NCBI GenBank assembly: GCA_049840735.1
Contig: JASGJN010000021.1
Span: 1 to 64,000 of the forward strand
Length of the DNA: 64,000 nucleotides
Source of the DNA: Anaeromyxobacter sp.
GTDB lineage: Bacteria; Myxococcota; Myxococcia; Myxococcales; Anaeromyxobacteraceae
Reading direction: 5' to 3'
A program made the position numbers and the translations under genes. Under the pieces are notes generated by a model, which searched no databases, was not told the DNA's origin, and worked only from the letters and a program-made list of their open reading frames with translations. Positions 20,915 through 31,997 of the stretch are shown here, one piece after another (the first letter of the stretch is position 1; every line of letters begins with the position of its first letter).

Positions 20915-21104
20915 CGGACGGCGTTTGTACACCGGCCCCCCCACAGCCAGCGAGGACACCTCTGGCGGGTGTCAGCCCATCCGGGCAGAATGCGCGCCCG
21001 ACCGCCCTACCTCGTCGCACAGCCGCCGTTCGCGAGACGCGCGGACGGCTGCAGCGGCGGCGCGGGCGGACACCGGAGACGCGCCGCGCGCGCGAGGAGG
21101 CGGG

Positions 21105-22472
21105 ATGACGACGACCAGACGGGTGATCGATGTGGAGGAGAAGGTCCCGCTGCTGCAGGGGATCCCCCTCTCGCTGCAGCACCTCTTCGCGATGTTCGGG
21201 GCCTCGGTGCTGGTCCCGATCCTGTTCAACCAGGCAGCCAAGACGCAGGTGATCGACCCGGCGCTGGTGCTGTTCATGAACGGCATCGGGACGCTCATCT
21301 ACCTCTTCATCTGCCGGGGGAAGGCGCCGGCCTTCCTGGGCTCCTCCTTCGCCTTCCTGTCCCCGACCTTCAGCCTGCTCGGCGCCGCGGGCGTCGATCC
21401 GCACCAGGGGTTCGCCCGCGCCGCCGGCGGCTTCATGGTGGCCGGCCTGGCCTTCATCGCCGTCTCGCTCGTGATCCGGTTCGCCGGCCGCAAGTGGATC
21501 TCGGTGGTGCTGCCTCCGGCGGCCATGGGCCCCATCGTCGCGCTCATCGGGCTCGAGCTGGCGCCGGTCGCCACCGGGATGTCGTTCTTCAAGGACGGCC
21601 AGCTGAGCGGCCAGGCGACGCTCCTCTCCCTGTTCACGCTGGGTGTCGTGATCGTTGGCTCGCTGGTCTTCCGGAAGTTCATGGCGGCCATCCCCGTGCT
21701 CATCGGCGTGGTGGCGGGCTACGTCCTGGCGGTCTTCATCGGGGCGGTGGACTTCTCGAGCATCACGGGCGCGAGCTTCCTCACCTTCCCGAAGCCGGTG
21801 CTGCCGGCCTTCGACTGGGCCTCGATCCTGATCGTCCTGCCGGCCGCCCTGGTGGTCATCTCCGAGCACATCGGCCACCTCTTCGTGACCAGCAACATCG
21901 TGGGCCGCAACCTCCTCAAGGACCCCGGGCTGCACCGCTCGCTCCTCGGCGACGGCGTCTCCACGGCGCTCTCCGGCCTCACCGGCTCCTGCCCCACCAC
22001 GACCTACGGCGAGAACATGGGCGTGATGGCCATCACCAAGGTCTACTCGGTGTGGGTCATCGGCGGCGCGGCGGTCATCTCCATCGCGCTGGCCTTCTTC
22101 GGCCAGGTGCGCGGCGCCATCGCCTCCATCCCGATCCCGGTGATCGGCGGCATCTCCATGATGCTGTTCGGCGTCATCGCCGCCTCCGGCCTGCGCATGC
22201 TGATCGAGGCCCGCGTGGACTACTCCAAGAGCCGCAACCTCATGCTCTCGGCGGTGGTCTTCGTGATCGGCATCTCCGGCGTCGCCATCCCCATCGGCCA
22301 GACCCAGCTCAAGGGCATGGTGCTGGCCACGCTGGTGGGCATGGCGCTGAGCCTCTTCATGTACGTCCTGGAGCGGCTGGGGCTGACGGCCGAGCCGCCG
22401 GACCCGCTCACCGACGGCCTCGACGAGGCGCACGAGGCCAGCACCTCGAGCGGCGCCGCCCCGCAGGCGTAG
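21105..22472 (+). CDS. uraA: Uracil permease (NCS2/UraA family)
   Basis: SLQHLFAMFGASVLVP, LGSSFAF, EHIGH and TTYGENMGVMAITKVYS. RBS AGGAGG at 21095-21100. Confidence 0.92.
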   Translation: MTTTRRVIDVEEKVPLLQGIPLSLQHLFAMFGASVLVPILFNQAAKTQVIDPALVLFMNGIGTLIYLFICRGKAPAFLGSSFAFLSPTFSLLGAAGVDPHQGFARAAGGFMVAGLAFIAVSLVIRFAGRKWISVVLPPAAMGPIVALIGLELAPVATGMSFFKDGQLSGQATLLSLFTLGVVIVGSLVFRKFMAAIPVLIGVVAGYVLAVFIGAVDFSSITGASFLTFPKPVLPAFDWASILIVLPAALVVISEHIGHLFVTSNIVGRNLLKDPGLHRSLLGDGVSTALSGLTGSCPTTTYGENMGVMAITKVYSVWVIGGAAVISIALAFFGQVRGAIASIPIPVIGGISMMLFGVIAASGLRMLIEARVDYSKSRNLMLSAVVFVIGISGVAIPIGQTQLKGMVLATLVGMALSLFMYVLERLGLTAEPPDPLTDGLDEAHEASTSSGAAPQA

Positions 22473-22605
22473 TCTCAACAAGCACCCGACGTGTAGCTCC
22501 GGGTAGCGAAGCTGCGCAGGACCACCGCCCGATCACGTCGCGCCCAGGCGCGGCGGGTCGGGCGGACCCTTTTCCGAAGGAGGGGCCGGAGTTAGGATCC
22601 CCTCC

Positions 22606-23232
22606 ATGGCCGAGTTCATCGAGAACCCTCGGCGCGCTCCGCGTGCGCCCGTCCGCTGCGAGGCCCGCGTGGCGCTGCGGGACGGCGGCTTCTGGGCCGC
22701 GCCGACCAGCGACTACGGCCCGCGCGGCTGCCAGGTCTCGTCGCCCCAGCGGCTGGAGCCGGGGTCGCGCCTCTTCATCGAGCTGGTGAACGAGCGGGTG
22801 CCGGGCCCGTTCCAGCTGTGCGGGCGGGTGGCGTGGGCCAGCACGGACGCCCCCTGGCGCGCGGGCATCGCCTTCGACGACGCCTCGGTGGTCACGGCCA
22901 ACAACTTCTTCGAGCGGCTCACGGCCGCCTACCCGGGCCTCGACACCTACGGCCGCTCCCCGGACCGGGTGCCGGTCCACGCCCCGCTGGCCCCGGCCAC
23001 CCCGCCCGGCGTCGAGCCGCTGCTCACGGCGGCCGAGCGCGACGTGCTGCACGAGCTGGGCGCGGGCATGACGCTGGCGGAGCTGCGCGAGAAGGCCGGC
23101 CAGCGCTGGCCGGTGTTCCAGAACGCGCTCTTCTCGCTGCTGGGCCGCCGCTACCTGTCCATCGCCTCGCCGGCGCCGGACAACGCCCGCGCCTGGATCC
23201 CGCACCTGGAGCGCAGGTCGCATCACGTCTGA
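22606..23232 (+). CDS. PilZ domain protein with a C-terminal winged-helix-like extension
   Basis: RxxxR motif RRAPR and DxSxxG-like SDYGPRG, then GRVAW...GIAF. Confidence 0.75.
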   Translation: MAEFIENPRRAPRAPVRCEARVALRDGGFWAAPTSDYGPRGCQVSSPQRLEPGSRLFIELVNERVPGPFQLCGRVAWASTDAPWRAGIAFDDASVVTANNFFERLTAAYPGLDTYGRSPDRVPVHAPLAPATPPGVEPLLTAAERDVLHELGAGMTLAELREKAGQRWPVFQNALFSLLGRRYLSIASPAPDNARAWIPHLERRSHHV

Positions 23233-23305
23233 CGTTTGGGGCCGCGACCGCCCTGGCGGGTCCCGGAGCGCCGGAAGAACGGACGCTGAGGAGCGAGGCC
23301 CCGGC

Positions 23306-24511
23306 TCACTTCAGCAGCAAGTAGAAGAGCCTCCCCTGTTGCTTCATCCGCCCGGCCGCGTTCTCGGCGTAGGCCCCGCTGCCGAAGAAGACGTCGATCC
23401 GCGCCGCGCCGCGGATGGCGCCGCCGGCGTCCTGGTCCAGCACGAAGCGCGAGAACGGCCGCATGGCGGGGCCGGCGGCGTCCACCGGGCGCTCGGTCTC
23501 GAGGAAGGCCAGCGCGCCCTTGGGGAAGACGCGGGCGTCGGCGGCCACGGTCCGGTCGGCGGTGACGGGCACGTTGAGCGAGCCGGTGGCGGCGTCGGCC
23601 CAGCGGAAGAAGACGTAGGACGGGTTGCGGGCCAGCAGCTCCTCCTGCGCGGCGGGGTTCTGCTCCAGCCAGGCGCGGATGGTCTGCATCGACACGTCGG
23701 CCCGCTGCAGCGCGCCGCGGCGGACCAGCTCGCCGCCGATGGCCTCGTAGCGGTGGCCGTTCTTGCCGGCGAAGGTGGCGACGCGCGAGGTGCCGTCGGG
23801 CAGGCGGATCACGCCGCTGCCCTGGATCTCCAGGAAGAAGCCGTCCACCGCCGAGTCCACCCAGCACAGCTCGGCGTTCCTGCCGGTCAGCGCGCCGCCC
23901 GCGATCTCGGCGCGGGTGGGGTACGGCACCAGCCGGCCGCCCTCGACCTTGCCGGTGAGGTCCTCGGAGAGCGCGGTGGGGAAGTCGCGGGTCCGCACCA
24001 CCACCAGGTCGTCCGGGGCGCGGTGGAGCGGGAAGCGGTAGGCGCCCTCCTTCACCAGCGAGCCGCGCAGCTCGGGCAGGTAGTAGCCGGTGAAGAGCAC
24101 GGCCCCGTTCACCCGCGGGTCGCCGGTGGAGCGGAAGACGCGGAACTCGCGCCGCAGCGCCTGGTTGAGCGCGGCCGGCGTGGGGCGCGCCAGCGCCAGC
24201 TCGCGGAAGCGGACCAGCGTGGCCTGGAGCTTCTGCACCGGGACGCGCTCGGCCCCGAAGGCGAGGGTGCGCCCGGGGTCGGCCGACGCCAGGCGCGAGA
24301 GCGCCACCAGCGAGCGCTCCACCGCCTCGTCCAGCCCGGCGTAGTCGAGGTCGTCGGCGAAGGCCGGGAAGGCCTCCGGGCGCAGCTCCACCAGCGCCTT
24401 GTCGGCGGTGCGGGCCGGCTCGGGGGGCGGGGGCGGCGGCGGGGGCGGGCGGCAGGAGACCTGCGCCAGCAGGAGGGCGGCGGGCAGCGCGGAGCGGAGG
24501 AAGGCGGACAT
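23306..24511 (-). CDS. mltA: Membrane-bound lytic murein transglycosylase A
   Basis: Lipobox-like LLAQVSC, FTGYYLP, FLEIQGSG, NPSYVFF, QDAGGAIRG and IDVFFG. Confidence 0.92.
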   Translation of the reverse strand: MSAFLRSALPAALLLAQVSCRPPPPPPPPPEPARTADKALVELRPEAFPAFADDLDYAGLDEAVERSLVALSRLASADPGRTLAFGAERVPVQKLQATLVRFRELALARPTPAALNQALRREFRVFRSTGDPRVNGAVLFTGYYLPELRGSLVKEGAYRFPLHRAPDDLVVVRTRDFPTALSEDLTGKVEGGRLVPYPTRAEIAGGALTGRNAELCWVDSAVDGFFLEIQGSGVIRLPDGTSRVATFAGKNGHRYEAIGGELVRRGALQRADVSMQTIRAWLEQNPAAQEELLARNPSYVFFRWADAATGSLNVPVTADRTVAADARVFPKGALAFLETERPVDAAGPAMRPFSRFVLDQDAGGAIRGAARIDVFFGSGAYAENAAGRMKQQGRLFYLLLK

Positions 24512-24686
24512 CGCGGGGCGACCGTACCAGAGGTCCAGGATGGGCGCCCGGATGCGGAGCGCACCGGCGCAGGTCCCGCAGCCCTGGCGCCGGCCCCCGA
24601 ACGGTTCGTCCGGTCGGTGGGCCTGCGCTTTCGTTGGCGAGCGAGCGGCTCCCCGGCCAGACAGACCGGGACCTCCGGGGACCCGC

Positions 24687-27507
24687 ATGAACCACCACGC
24701 CACCGCGACGGCCCTCCTGGCCCTCGCGCTCACCGCCTGCCAGGCCGCCGACAGCGCGGCCGTCGTCGAGCCGCCCGGCGGCGATCGCTCCGCCCCCAGC
24801 GTCCCCACCGGCCTCTCGGCCGTGGCCCCCGCGCCGGACCGCGTCGAGCTCGCCTGGAACGCCTCCTCCGACAGCGACAGCGGCGTGGCCGGCTACCGCG
24901 TGCTGCGCGACGGCGCCGGGGTGGCCACGGTGGCCGCGCCCGCCACCAGCTGGGTGGACCAGGCGGTGGCCGCCGCCACCGCCTACACGTACACGGTCCG
25001 CGCCTTCGACCTGGCCGACCCGCCCAACACCTCCGCCGACTCGGCGGCCGCCACCGTCACCACCCCGGCGGTCCCGGACGTCACGCCGCCCACCACGCCG
25101 CAGGGCCTGGCGGCGGTGGCGCTCTCGCCCACCCGCGTGGCGCTGGCCTGGAGCGCCTCGACCGACGCCGGCACCGGCCTGGCGGGCTACCAGGTCTCCC
25201 GGGACGGCGCCCTGCTGGCCACCGTCGGACCGGGCGCGGTCTCCTACGAGGACGGCACCGCGACGCCGGCCACCGCGTACGCGTACACGCTCCGGGCCTT
25301 CGACCACGCCGTGCCGGCCAACGTCTCCGCCGCCTCCGCCCCGGCGCAGGTCACCACCCCCAGCGCCGGCGCCACGCCCGGCCTCGACAGCCGCCCCTCC
25401 AACCCCACCTGCCTGGCGCCGGTCCGCCCCACGCCGGCCGGCCCCATCCAGCTCACCCGCGTCTTCCCTGGGCTGCCGGCGTTCTCGAGCCCGCTGGCGC
25501 TGCTGCAGGCGCCGGGCGACACCAGCCGCTGGTTCGTGGTCGAGCAGGGCGGGCGGGTGCGGGTGTTCGCGAACAGCGACGGCGTCACCGCCGCCGCCAC
25601 CTTCGTCGACCTCACCGCGGAGCGGGTGCGCTCGGGCGGCGAGATGGGCCTGCTGGGGATGGCCTTCCACCCGGACTGGCCGGCGGTGAAGGAGGTCTTC
25701 CTCTCCTTCACCGGCCCGAAGGACCCCGGCCAGCAGCTGCGCTCCTACGTCTCGCGCTTCACCACCGTGGGCGGCGGCACCGACGCGCTCGATTCCAGCC
25801 TCGGAGCAGGTGATCCTCGAGGTGGACCAGCCCTACGAGAACCACAACGGCGGCTGGATCGGCTTCGGCCCGGACGATCGCTTCCTGTACCTGGGGCTGG
25901 GCGACGGCGGCTCGGGCTATGACCCCGGCAACCGCGGCCAGTCGCTCACCACGCTGCTGGGGAAGATGCTGCGCATCGACGTGCTGGGCACCGGGGCCGG
26001 CTACCGCATCCCGGCCGACAACCCCTGGGCCGGCGGCGCGCGCTGCACCCGCGGCACCACCCCCGGCGTCCCCTGCCCGGAGATCTGGGCCTTCGGCCTG
26101 CGCAACCCGTGGCGCTGGAGCTTCGACCGCACGCTGCACGAGCTGTGGGTGGGCGACGTGGGCCAGGACCGCTGGGAGGAGGTGGACCGCGTCCAGCGCG
26201 GCCTCAACTACGGGTGGAAGCTGCGCGAGGGCACCCACTGCACCGACGGCGGCACCAGCTGCCCCTCGCCCGGCACGGTGCTGAACGGCGCCACCCTGGT
26301 CGATCCGGAGGTGGACTACCCGCACGGCAGCGGCGGCGGCAGCTCCATCACCGGCGGCTTCGTCTACCGCGGCGCCGCCATGCCCGCCTACCGCGGCCTC
26401 TACTTCTTCGGCGACTTCGCCTCCAACCGGATCTGGACCCACCAGCCCGGCGTGGCCGGGAACCGGACCGAGGTGGCCACCGCCTCCGGCGGCATCTCCT
26501 CCTTCGCCGAGGACGCCGCCGGCGAGCTCTACGTGGTGGGCTACGGCAACGGCCAGCTCTTCCGCCTGGGGCTGGCCACCGCGCCGCCGGCCGACACCAT
26601 CCCCACCTCGCTCCTCGCCACCGGCTGCGTCGATCCGCAGGACCCGACCCGGCCGGCCGCCGGGCTCATCCCCTACCGGCTCAACGCGCCGTTCTGGTCG
26701 GACGGCGCGCTCAAGGAGCGCTGGCTGGCGCTGCCGGACGGCGGGGCCGTGACGGTGGGGGCGGACGGCGACTGGGACTTCCCCAGCGGCACGGTGCTGA
26801 TGAAGCGCTTCCAGCTGGGCGGGAAGCTGATCGAGACCCGGCTGCTCATGAAGCACCCCGACGGCGTCTGGGCCGGCTACACCTACCAGTGGAACGAGGC
26901 CCAGACCGACGCCACCCGCGTGCAGGGCGGCGCCACGCGGGTGATCGGGGCGCAGACCTGGCTCTATCCGTCCGAGCAGCAGTGCCTGCAGTGCCACACC
27001 GCCGCCGCCGGGCGCAGCCTGGGGCTGGAGACGGCGCAGCAGAACGGCGACCTCACCTACCCGGCCACCGGCCGCACCGCCAACCAGCTGCTGACGCTGA
27101 GCCACGTGGGCGTGGCGCCGTCGCTCTCGGCCGACCCGGCCACCTACCCCGCCTACCCGGACCCGCTGGGCACGGCCGGCACGCTGGAGCAGCGCGCCCG
27201 CGCCTACCTGCACGCCAACTGCTCGCAGTGCCACCGCCCCGGCGGCCCCACGCCGACCAGCATGGATTTCCGCTACGCCACGCCGCTCGCCGGCACCGGG
27301 ATCTGCGACGTGGCCCCGCTCAACGGGGACCTGGGGCTCACCAGCGCGCGGATCGTGGCCCCCGGCGCGCCCGGCCGCTCGGTGCTGCTGGAGCGGATGA
27401 AGCGGCTCGACGCCACCCGCATGCCGCCGCTGGGGAGCGCGGTGGTGGACGAGGCGGGGGCGCAGGCGGTGGGGAGCTGGATCCAGGCGCTCACGGGCTG
27501 CCCGTGA
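24687..27507 (+). CDS. Lipoprotein: two FN3 domains, PQQ-dependent glucose/sorbosone dehydrogenase propeller and diheme cytochrome c; 1-nt insertion near 25793
   Basis: LALALTAC lipobox and two FN3 repeats (LAWNAS...YTYTVRAFD). GEMGLLG, NHNGG, GDGG, GLRNPWR and DVGQDRWEEVD, with heme motifs CLQCH and CSQCH. Confidence 0.88.
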
Positions 27508-28375
27508 GCGCCGCCCGGTCCTCCCACGCCCCGCCCAGCTCGCCCACCAGCACCCCCAGCACGATCAGGCCGCCGCCGGTCCAGTCCGCGACGCCGAGCG
27601 TCTCGCCGCCCACCAGGTGGCTGAAGAGGGCCGCCGCCACCGGCTCCAGCGAGTAGATGAGCGCGGCGCGCACCGCCGTGGTCCGCCGCTGGGCCCAGTT
27701 CATGACGAAGAAGGCGGCGGCGGTCATGGCCAGGCCGGTGAAGGCCACCGTGGGCAGGAAGGTGCCCATGCCCGCGGGGTCGAGGCGCGCCTGCTCGAAG
27801 GGGAGCATGGCCAGCGCGCCGGCGAAGGTGACCAGCACCTGCACCAGCACCAGCGGCGCCAGCGGGTGGAGCGGCGCCCACTCCGAGACGAAGACGATCT
27901 GCAGGGTGAAGACCAGGGCGCAGCCCAGCGTGAGCAGGTCGCCCAGCCGGACCGCCGACGAGATCCCGTCGCTGTAGAGCCGGGTCAGCACCGCCAGCCC
28001 CACCACCGCCAGCGCCGCGCCCACCCAGTAGGCCGGCCGCACCCGCTTCTTCAGGAAGAAGCGGGCCACGAAGGGCACGATCACCACCGAGAGGCCGGTG
28101 ATGAACCCCGAGCGCGAGGGGGTGGTGTAGGCCAGCCCGTGCGTCTGCAGCGCGAAGCCGCCCAGCATGAAGAGGCCCAGCAGGATCCCGTGGCGCAGGA
28201 AGCCGGGGCCGACGCGGTCCCGCCGCCAGAGCGCCACCGGCGCCAGCGCCAGCGCCGCCAGGCCGAAGCGGGCCGCCAGGAACACGCCGGGCGAGGCCAC
28301 GCCCAGCACGCGGTTCACCAGCAGGAAGGTGGTCCCCCAGAACAGCGTGAGGACCAGCAGCGCGAGGTCGGCCAC
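27491..28375 (-). CDS. EamA/DMT family transporter
   Basis: FWGTTF, RFGLA, GFITGLSVVIVP and ALIYSLEPVAAA; about 10 TM segments. Confidence 0.9.
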   Translation of the reverse strand: MADLALLVLTLFWGTTFLLVNRVLGVASPGVFLAARFGLAALALAPVALWRRDRVGPGFLRHGILLGLFMLGGFALQTHGLAYTTPSRSGFITGLSVVIVPFVARFFLKKRVRPAYWVGAALAVVGLAVLTRLYSDGISSAVRLGDLLTLGCALVFTLQIVFVSEWAPLHPLAPLVLVQVLVTFAGALAMLPFEQARLDPAGMGTFLPTVAFTGLAMTAAAFFVMNWAQRRTTAVRAALIYSLEPVAAALFSHLVGGETLGVADWTGGGLIVLGVLVGELGGAWEDRAALTGSP

Positions 28376-28378
28376 GGG

Positions 28379-29137
28379 CTACGGCTTCTCGTCGGGGCCC
28401 TGGCGGTGCAGCGCCACCGGCGCCGCGCGCTTCTTGCCGGCGCGCAGGTTGAGCAGCTCCACCATCAGGGAGAAGCCCATGGCGAAGTAGACGTACCCCT
28501 TCTCGACGTGGCGGCCGAAGGCGTCGGCCACCAGCGTCACGCCGATCAGGATCAGGAAGGAGAGGGCCAGCATCTTGACCGTGGGGTGCCGCTCCACGAA
28601 GCGGCCGATGGCGCCGGCGAACACCAGCATCACGCCCACCGCGATGATGACCGCCGCCACCATGATGGCCAGGTGCTGCGCCATGCCCACCGCGGTGATG
28701 ACCGAGTCGAGGGAGAAGACGATGTCCAGCACCGCGATCTGGGCGATCACGAACCAGAAGGCGCCCTTCCTGGGCGGCGCGCGGGTCGGATCCGAGTCCG
28801 CCACCTCGAGCTTGGCGTGGATCTCGTGGGTGGCCTTGGCGATGAGGAACAGGCCGCCGGCCAGCAGGATCAGGTCGCGCCCGGAGAACCCCTCGCCCAG
28901 CACGGTGAAGAGGTCGGCGGTGAGCCCCATCACCCAGGTGATGGCGAAGAGCAGGGCCAGCCGGGTCAGGAGCGCGAACCCGAGGCCCAGCTTGCGCGCC
29001 GACGGCTGCTGCTCGGGCGGGAGCCGGCCGGCCAGGATGGAGAGGAAGACGACGTTGTCGATGCCCAGCACGATCTCCATCGCGGCGAGCGTGGCGAGGG
29101 CGATCCAGGCCGAGGGTTGGGTGAGGAGCTCGAGCAT
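28379..29137 (-). CDS. TerC family membrane protein
   Basis: MEIVLGIDNVVF, GRDLILLAGGLFL, LDIVFSLDSVITAVGM and KGYVYFAMGFS. Confidence 0.93.
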   Translation of the reverse strand: MLELLTQPSAWIALATLAAMEIVLGIDNVVFLSILAGRLPPEQQPSARKLGLGFALLTRLALLFAITWVMGLTADLFTVLGEGFSGRDLILLAGGLFLIAKATHEIHAKLEVADSDPTRAPPRKGAFWFVIAQIAVLDIVFSLDSVITAVGMAQHLAIMVAAVIIAVGVMLVFAGAIGRFVERHPTVKMLALSFLILIGVTLVADAFGRHVEKGYVYFAMGFSLMVELLNLRAGKKRAAPVALHRQGPDEKP

Positions 29138-29197
29138 GGGGCTCTCTCTGCCCGAACCGGCGCCGGTTGTCGAGCCGGAGAGGGGCCGCGGCCGGGG

Positions 29198-30199
29198 CTA
29201 CGCCAGCCGGAACCGGATCAGCTGCCCGTCGTCCTGCCGGACCAGCGTGCGGCGCGCCTCCAGCAGCTCGAGGTTGGCCATGGTCTCGGAGAGCGTCAGG
29301 AACACGTCGCCGGGGCGCGCCGAGGGGAAGAGCGCCCGCGACACCTCGTAGGGCGTGAGCGGCGCCGCAGCCAGCGCCTCGCGGATGCGCCCCTGCCGCT
29401 TGCCGTAGAAGCCCAGCAGCCCGTCGATCACCTCGCGGTGGCCGCTGAAGGGCGGGCCGTGGCCGGGGAGCACCAGGTCGATCTCCAGCGCGCGCATCCG
29501 GCCCACGCTGGACACGTAGGCCAGCAGCGGCTGGAACCAGCCCTCCTCGCCGCCCGGGCCCAGGTCGATGAGCGGGTTGGGCGAGACCTTCTGCAGCAGG
29601 TGGTCGTCGGAGATGAAGAGCCGGCGCGCGCGGTCGTAGAGGCAGAGCAGCCCGGGCGTGTGGCCGGGCATGTGCAGCACCTCCAGCTCCAGGTGGCGGG
29701 TGGTGAGCCGCGCCCCCTCGCCGATGGGCTCCACGCGCGGGATACGGCGCGCCAGCCGGAAGCCGTGGTCGCCCTCCTTCGCCACCACCGCCAGCACGTC
29801 GGGCGGCATGCCCAGCCGCGCCAGGTAGGCGGCGTAGCGCGGCGCCAGCTCGGACCAGCGCGGCCCGGCCTCGGAGATCTTGGGGATGTCGGCGGCGTGC
29901 GCGAAGACCGGCACCTCGCCGCCGTGCCGCTCCTGGACGAAGCGGGCCGCGCCGTAGTGGTCCACGTGGCCGTGCGTCACCAGGATGCGCCGGACCTCGT
30001 CGAAGCGCCGCCCCAGCGCCGCGAAGCCGGCCGTGAGCGCCGCCTGCGCCGGCTCCGAGCCCAGCCCGGCGTCCACCATGAGCAGGCCGCCGTCGGCCTC
30101 CTCGACCAGGTAGACGTTGACCGGCCCGCCGGCCTGGACGAACGGCACCGGCACCGGGATCCGGTGGACGCCCAGCGCGGGGAGATCCGCCTCGGTCAT
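29198..30199 (-). CDS. MBL-fold metallo-hydrolase with C-terminal winged helix
   Basis: THGHVDHYG, PGHTPG, SDDHLL and LPGHG. Confidence 0.9.
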   Translation of the reverse strand: MTEADLPALGVHRIPVPVPFVQAGGPVNVYLVEEADGGLLMVDAGLGSEPAQAALTAGFAALGRRFDEVRRILVTHGHVDHYGAARFVQERHGGEVPVFAHAADIPKISEAGPRWSELAPRYAAYLARLGMPPDVLAVVAKEGDHGFRLARRIPRVEPIGEGARLTTRHLELEVLHMPGHTPGLLCLYDRARRLFISDDHLLQKVSPNPLIDLGPGGEEGWFQPLLAYVSSVGRMRALEIDLVLPGHGPPFSGHREVIDGLLGFYGKRQGRIREALAAAPLTPYEVSRALFPSARPGDVFLTLSETMANLELLEARRTLVRQDDGQLIRFRLA

Positions 30200-30215
30200 G
30201 GGATGCCCTGGGGCC

Positions 30216-31175
30216 CTACCGCGACGCCTTCACCTTCGCCACCAGCGCCGGGAGCGCCTGGAACAGGTCGGCCACCAGCCCGTAGTCGGCCACCTGGAAG
30301 ATGGGCGCGTCCGGGTCCTTGTTGATGGCCACGATCACCTTGGCGCCCTTCATGCCGGCCAGGTGCTGGATGGCGCCGGAGATGCCCGCCGCCACGTAGA
30401 GGTCCGGCGCCACCACCTTGCCGGTCTGCCCCACCTGCCAGTCGTTGGGCACCCAGCCCGCGTCCACCGCCGCGCGGCTGGCGCCCACCGCGGCGCCCAG
30501 CTCGTCGGCCAGCGCCTCGACCGGCTTGAAGTCTCCCTTGGTGCCGCGGCCGCCGGCCACGATCACCCGCGCGTCGGTCAGCTCCGGCCGCTCGCTCTTC
30601 ACCTCGCGGAAGCCCAGGTAGCGGGTGCGGGTGGGCGCGGCCGGGACCTCCACCGCGTGGATCGCTCCCGGCGCGGCCGCCTTCGCGGCCGGCGGGAACT
30701 CGGTGGTCCGGACCGTGAAGCACCTCACCGGCGTGGCCAGCTCCACCTCGGCCAGCACGTTGCCGGCCCACATCGGCCGGCGGAAGGTGACCGCGGCCCC
30801 GTCGCCGCCGAACCCGAGCACCTCGGTGGCGCAGGCCGCCTCCAGCCGCGCCGCGGCGCGGGGCAGGAGGTCCTTGCCCTGCGCGGTGGCCGCCGCGCCC
30901 ACGTACCCGGCGCCGACCGCCCTGGCCACCGCCGCCACCACCGGCGCGGCCGCCTCGGCCAGCGGGTGGGCCAGCGCGGCCGAGTCGGCCACGTGCACCT
31001 CGACGCCGTAGGCGGCCAGCTCGGCCGCCACCGCCTGCAGCCCCTGGCCGAGGAGGAGCGCGTGGAGCGCGCCGCCGGCGCGGCGCGCCAGCTCCTGGCC
31101 GGCCGCGAGCGCGTGCAGCGTGCCCTTGCGGAGGGTGCCGCCGCCGTGCTCGGCCACGATGAGGACGTTGGTCAT
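30216..31175 (-). CDS. etfA: Electron transfer flavoprotein alpha subunit
   Basis: [30 protein letters not shown] and [10 protein letters not shown]. Confidence 0.96.
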   Translation of the reverse strand: MTNVLIVAEHGGGTLRKGTLHALAAGQELARRAGGALHALLLGQGLQAVAAELAAYGVEVHVADSAALAHPLAEAAAPVVAAVARAVGAGYVGAAATAQGKDLLPRAAARLEAACATEVLGFGGDGAAVTFRRPMWAGNVLAEVELATPVRCFTVRTTEFPPAAKAAAPGAIHAVEVPAAPTRTRYLGFREVKSERPELTDARVIVAGGRGTKGDFKPVEALADELGAAVGASRAAVDAGWVPNDWQVGQTGKVVAPDLYVAAGISGAIQHLAGMKGAKVIVAINKDPDAPIFQVADYGLVADLFQALPALVAKVKASR

Positions 31176-31193
31176 GACGGTCTCCCGAAGGTC

Positions 31194-31997
31194 CTAGAGG
31201 ACCTTCGCCTCCTCGTGCAGCTTCTTCCAGAGCTCGTCCACGTCGGCCACCTTGGCGCCGCCCTTGCGCGCCGGCGGCTCGGCCAGCTTGCGGATCACCA
31301 CCCGCGGCGTGAGGTCCACGCCCAGCGCGGCGGCGTCCAGCTCGGCCAGCGGCTTCTTCTTGGCCTTCATGATCCCGGGCAGCGAGGCGAAGCGCGGCTT
31401 GTTGAGGCGCAGGTCTGTGGTGACCACCGCCGGCAGCCCCACCGCCAGCGTCTCCACCCCGCCGTCCACCTCGCGCACCACCGTCAGCTCCTTGCCGTCG
31501 GCCGACAGCTCCAGGCCGGGCTGCTTCTTCTGTTCCGCCTCGCTCTCCAGCGAGTCGGTCTTGGAGGCGAAGGTGGCCTGCGGCCAGCCCAGCCGCTCCG
31601 CCAGGTACTGCCCCGCCTGGTTCTGGTCGTCGTCGATGGACTGCTTGCCCATCAGCACCAGGTCCGGCTTCTCCGCCTCACAGACCTTGCGGAGCAGGGC
31701 CGAGACGACCACCGGGTCCAGCGGCCCCTCGTGCTTCACCAGGATGGCGCGGTCCGCCCCCATGGCCAGCGCCGCCCGCAGCTCCGTCTGCGCGGCCGGG
31801 CCACCGATGGTGGCCACGATCACCTCGCCGCCGTGCTTGTCCCGCAGCCGGAGCCCCTCCTCGACGGCGATCTCGTCGAACGGGTTGAGCTTGTAGTTCA
31901 CGCCGTCGACGACGATCCCGGCCCCGTCCGGCCTGACCCGGATCTTGGACTCGGGATCCTCCACGCGCTTCGCGGTGACCAGGATCTTGAGCGGCAT
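31194..31997 (-). CDS. etfB: Electron transfer flavoprotein beta subunit
   Basis: NPFDEIAVEEG, ALAMGADRA, GKQSIDDD and PRFASLPGIMKAKKK. Confidence 0.96.
   Translation of the reverse strand: MPLKILVTAKRVEDPESKIRVRPDGAGIVVDGVNYKLNPFDEIAVEEGLRLRDKHGGEVIVATIGGPAAQTELRAALAMGADRAILVKHEGPLDPVVVSALLRKVCEAEKPDLVLMGKQSIDDDQNQAGQYLAERLGWPQATFASKTDSLESEAEQKKQPGLELSADGKELTVVREVDGGVETLAVGLPAVVTTDLRLNKPRFASLPGIMKAKKKPLAELDAAALGVDLTPRVVIRKLAEPPARKGGAKVADVDELWKKLHEEAKVL

Noticed and set aside
17609..20959. Apparent MBL nuclease-histidine kinase fusion (1116 aa)
   Set aside because: Created by the extra G near 20366. The corrected nuclease stops at 19921 and the kinase starts separately.
20960..21100. PyrR attenuator or riboswitch upstream of uraA
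   Set aside because: Only an imperfect GC hairpin (~21020-21050). No PyrR-binding consensus or U-tract terminator.
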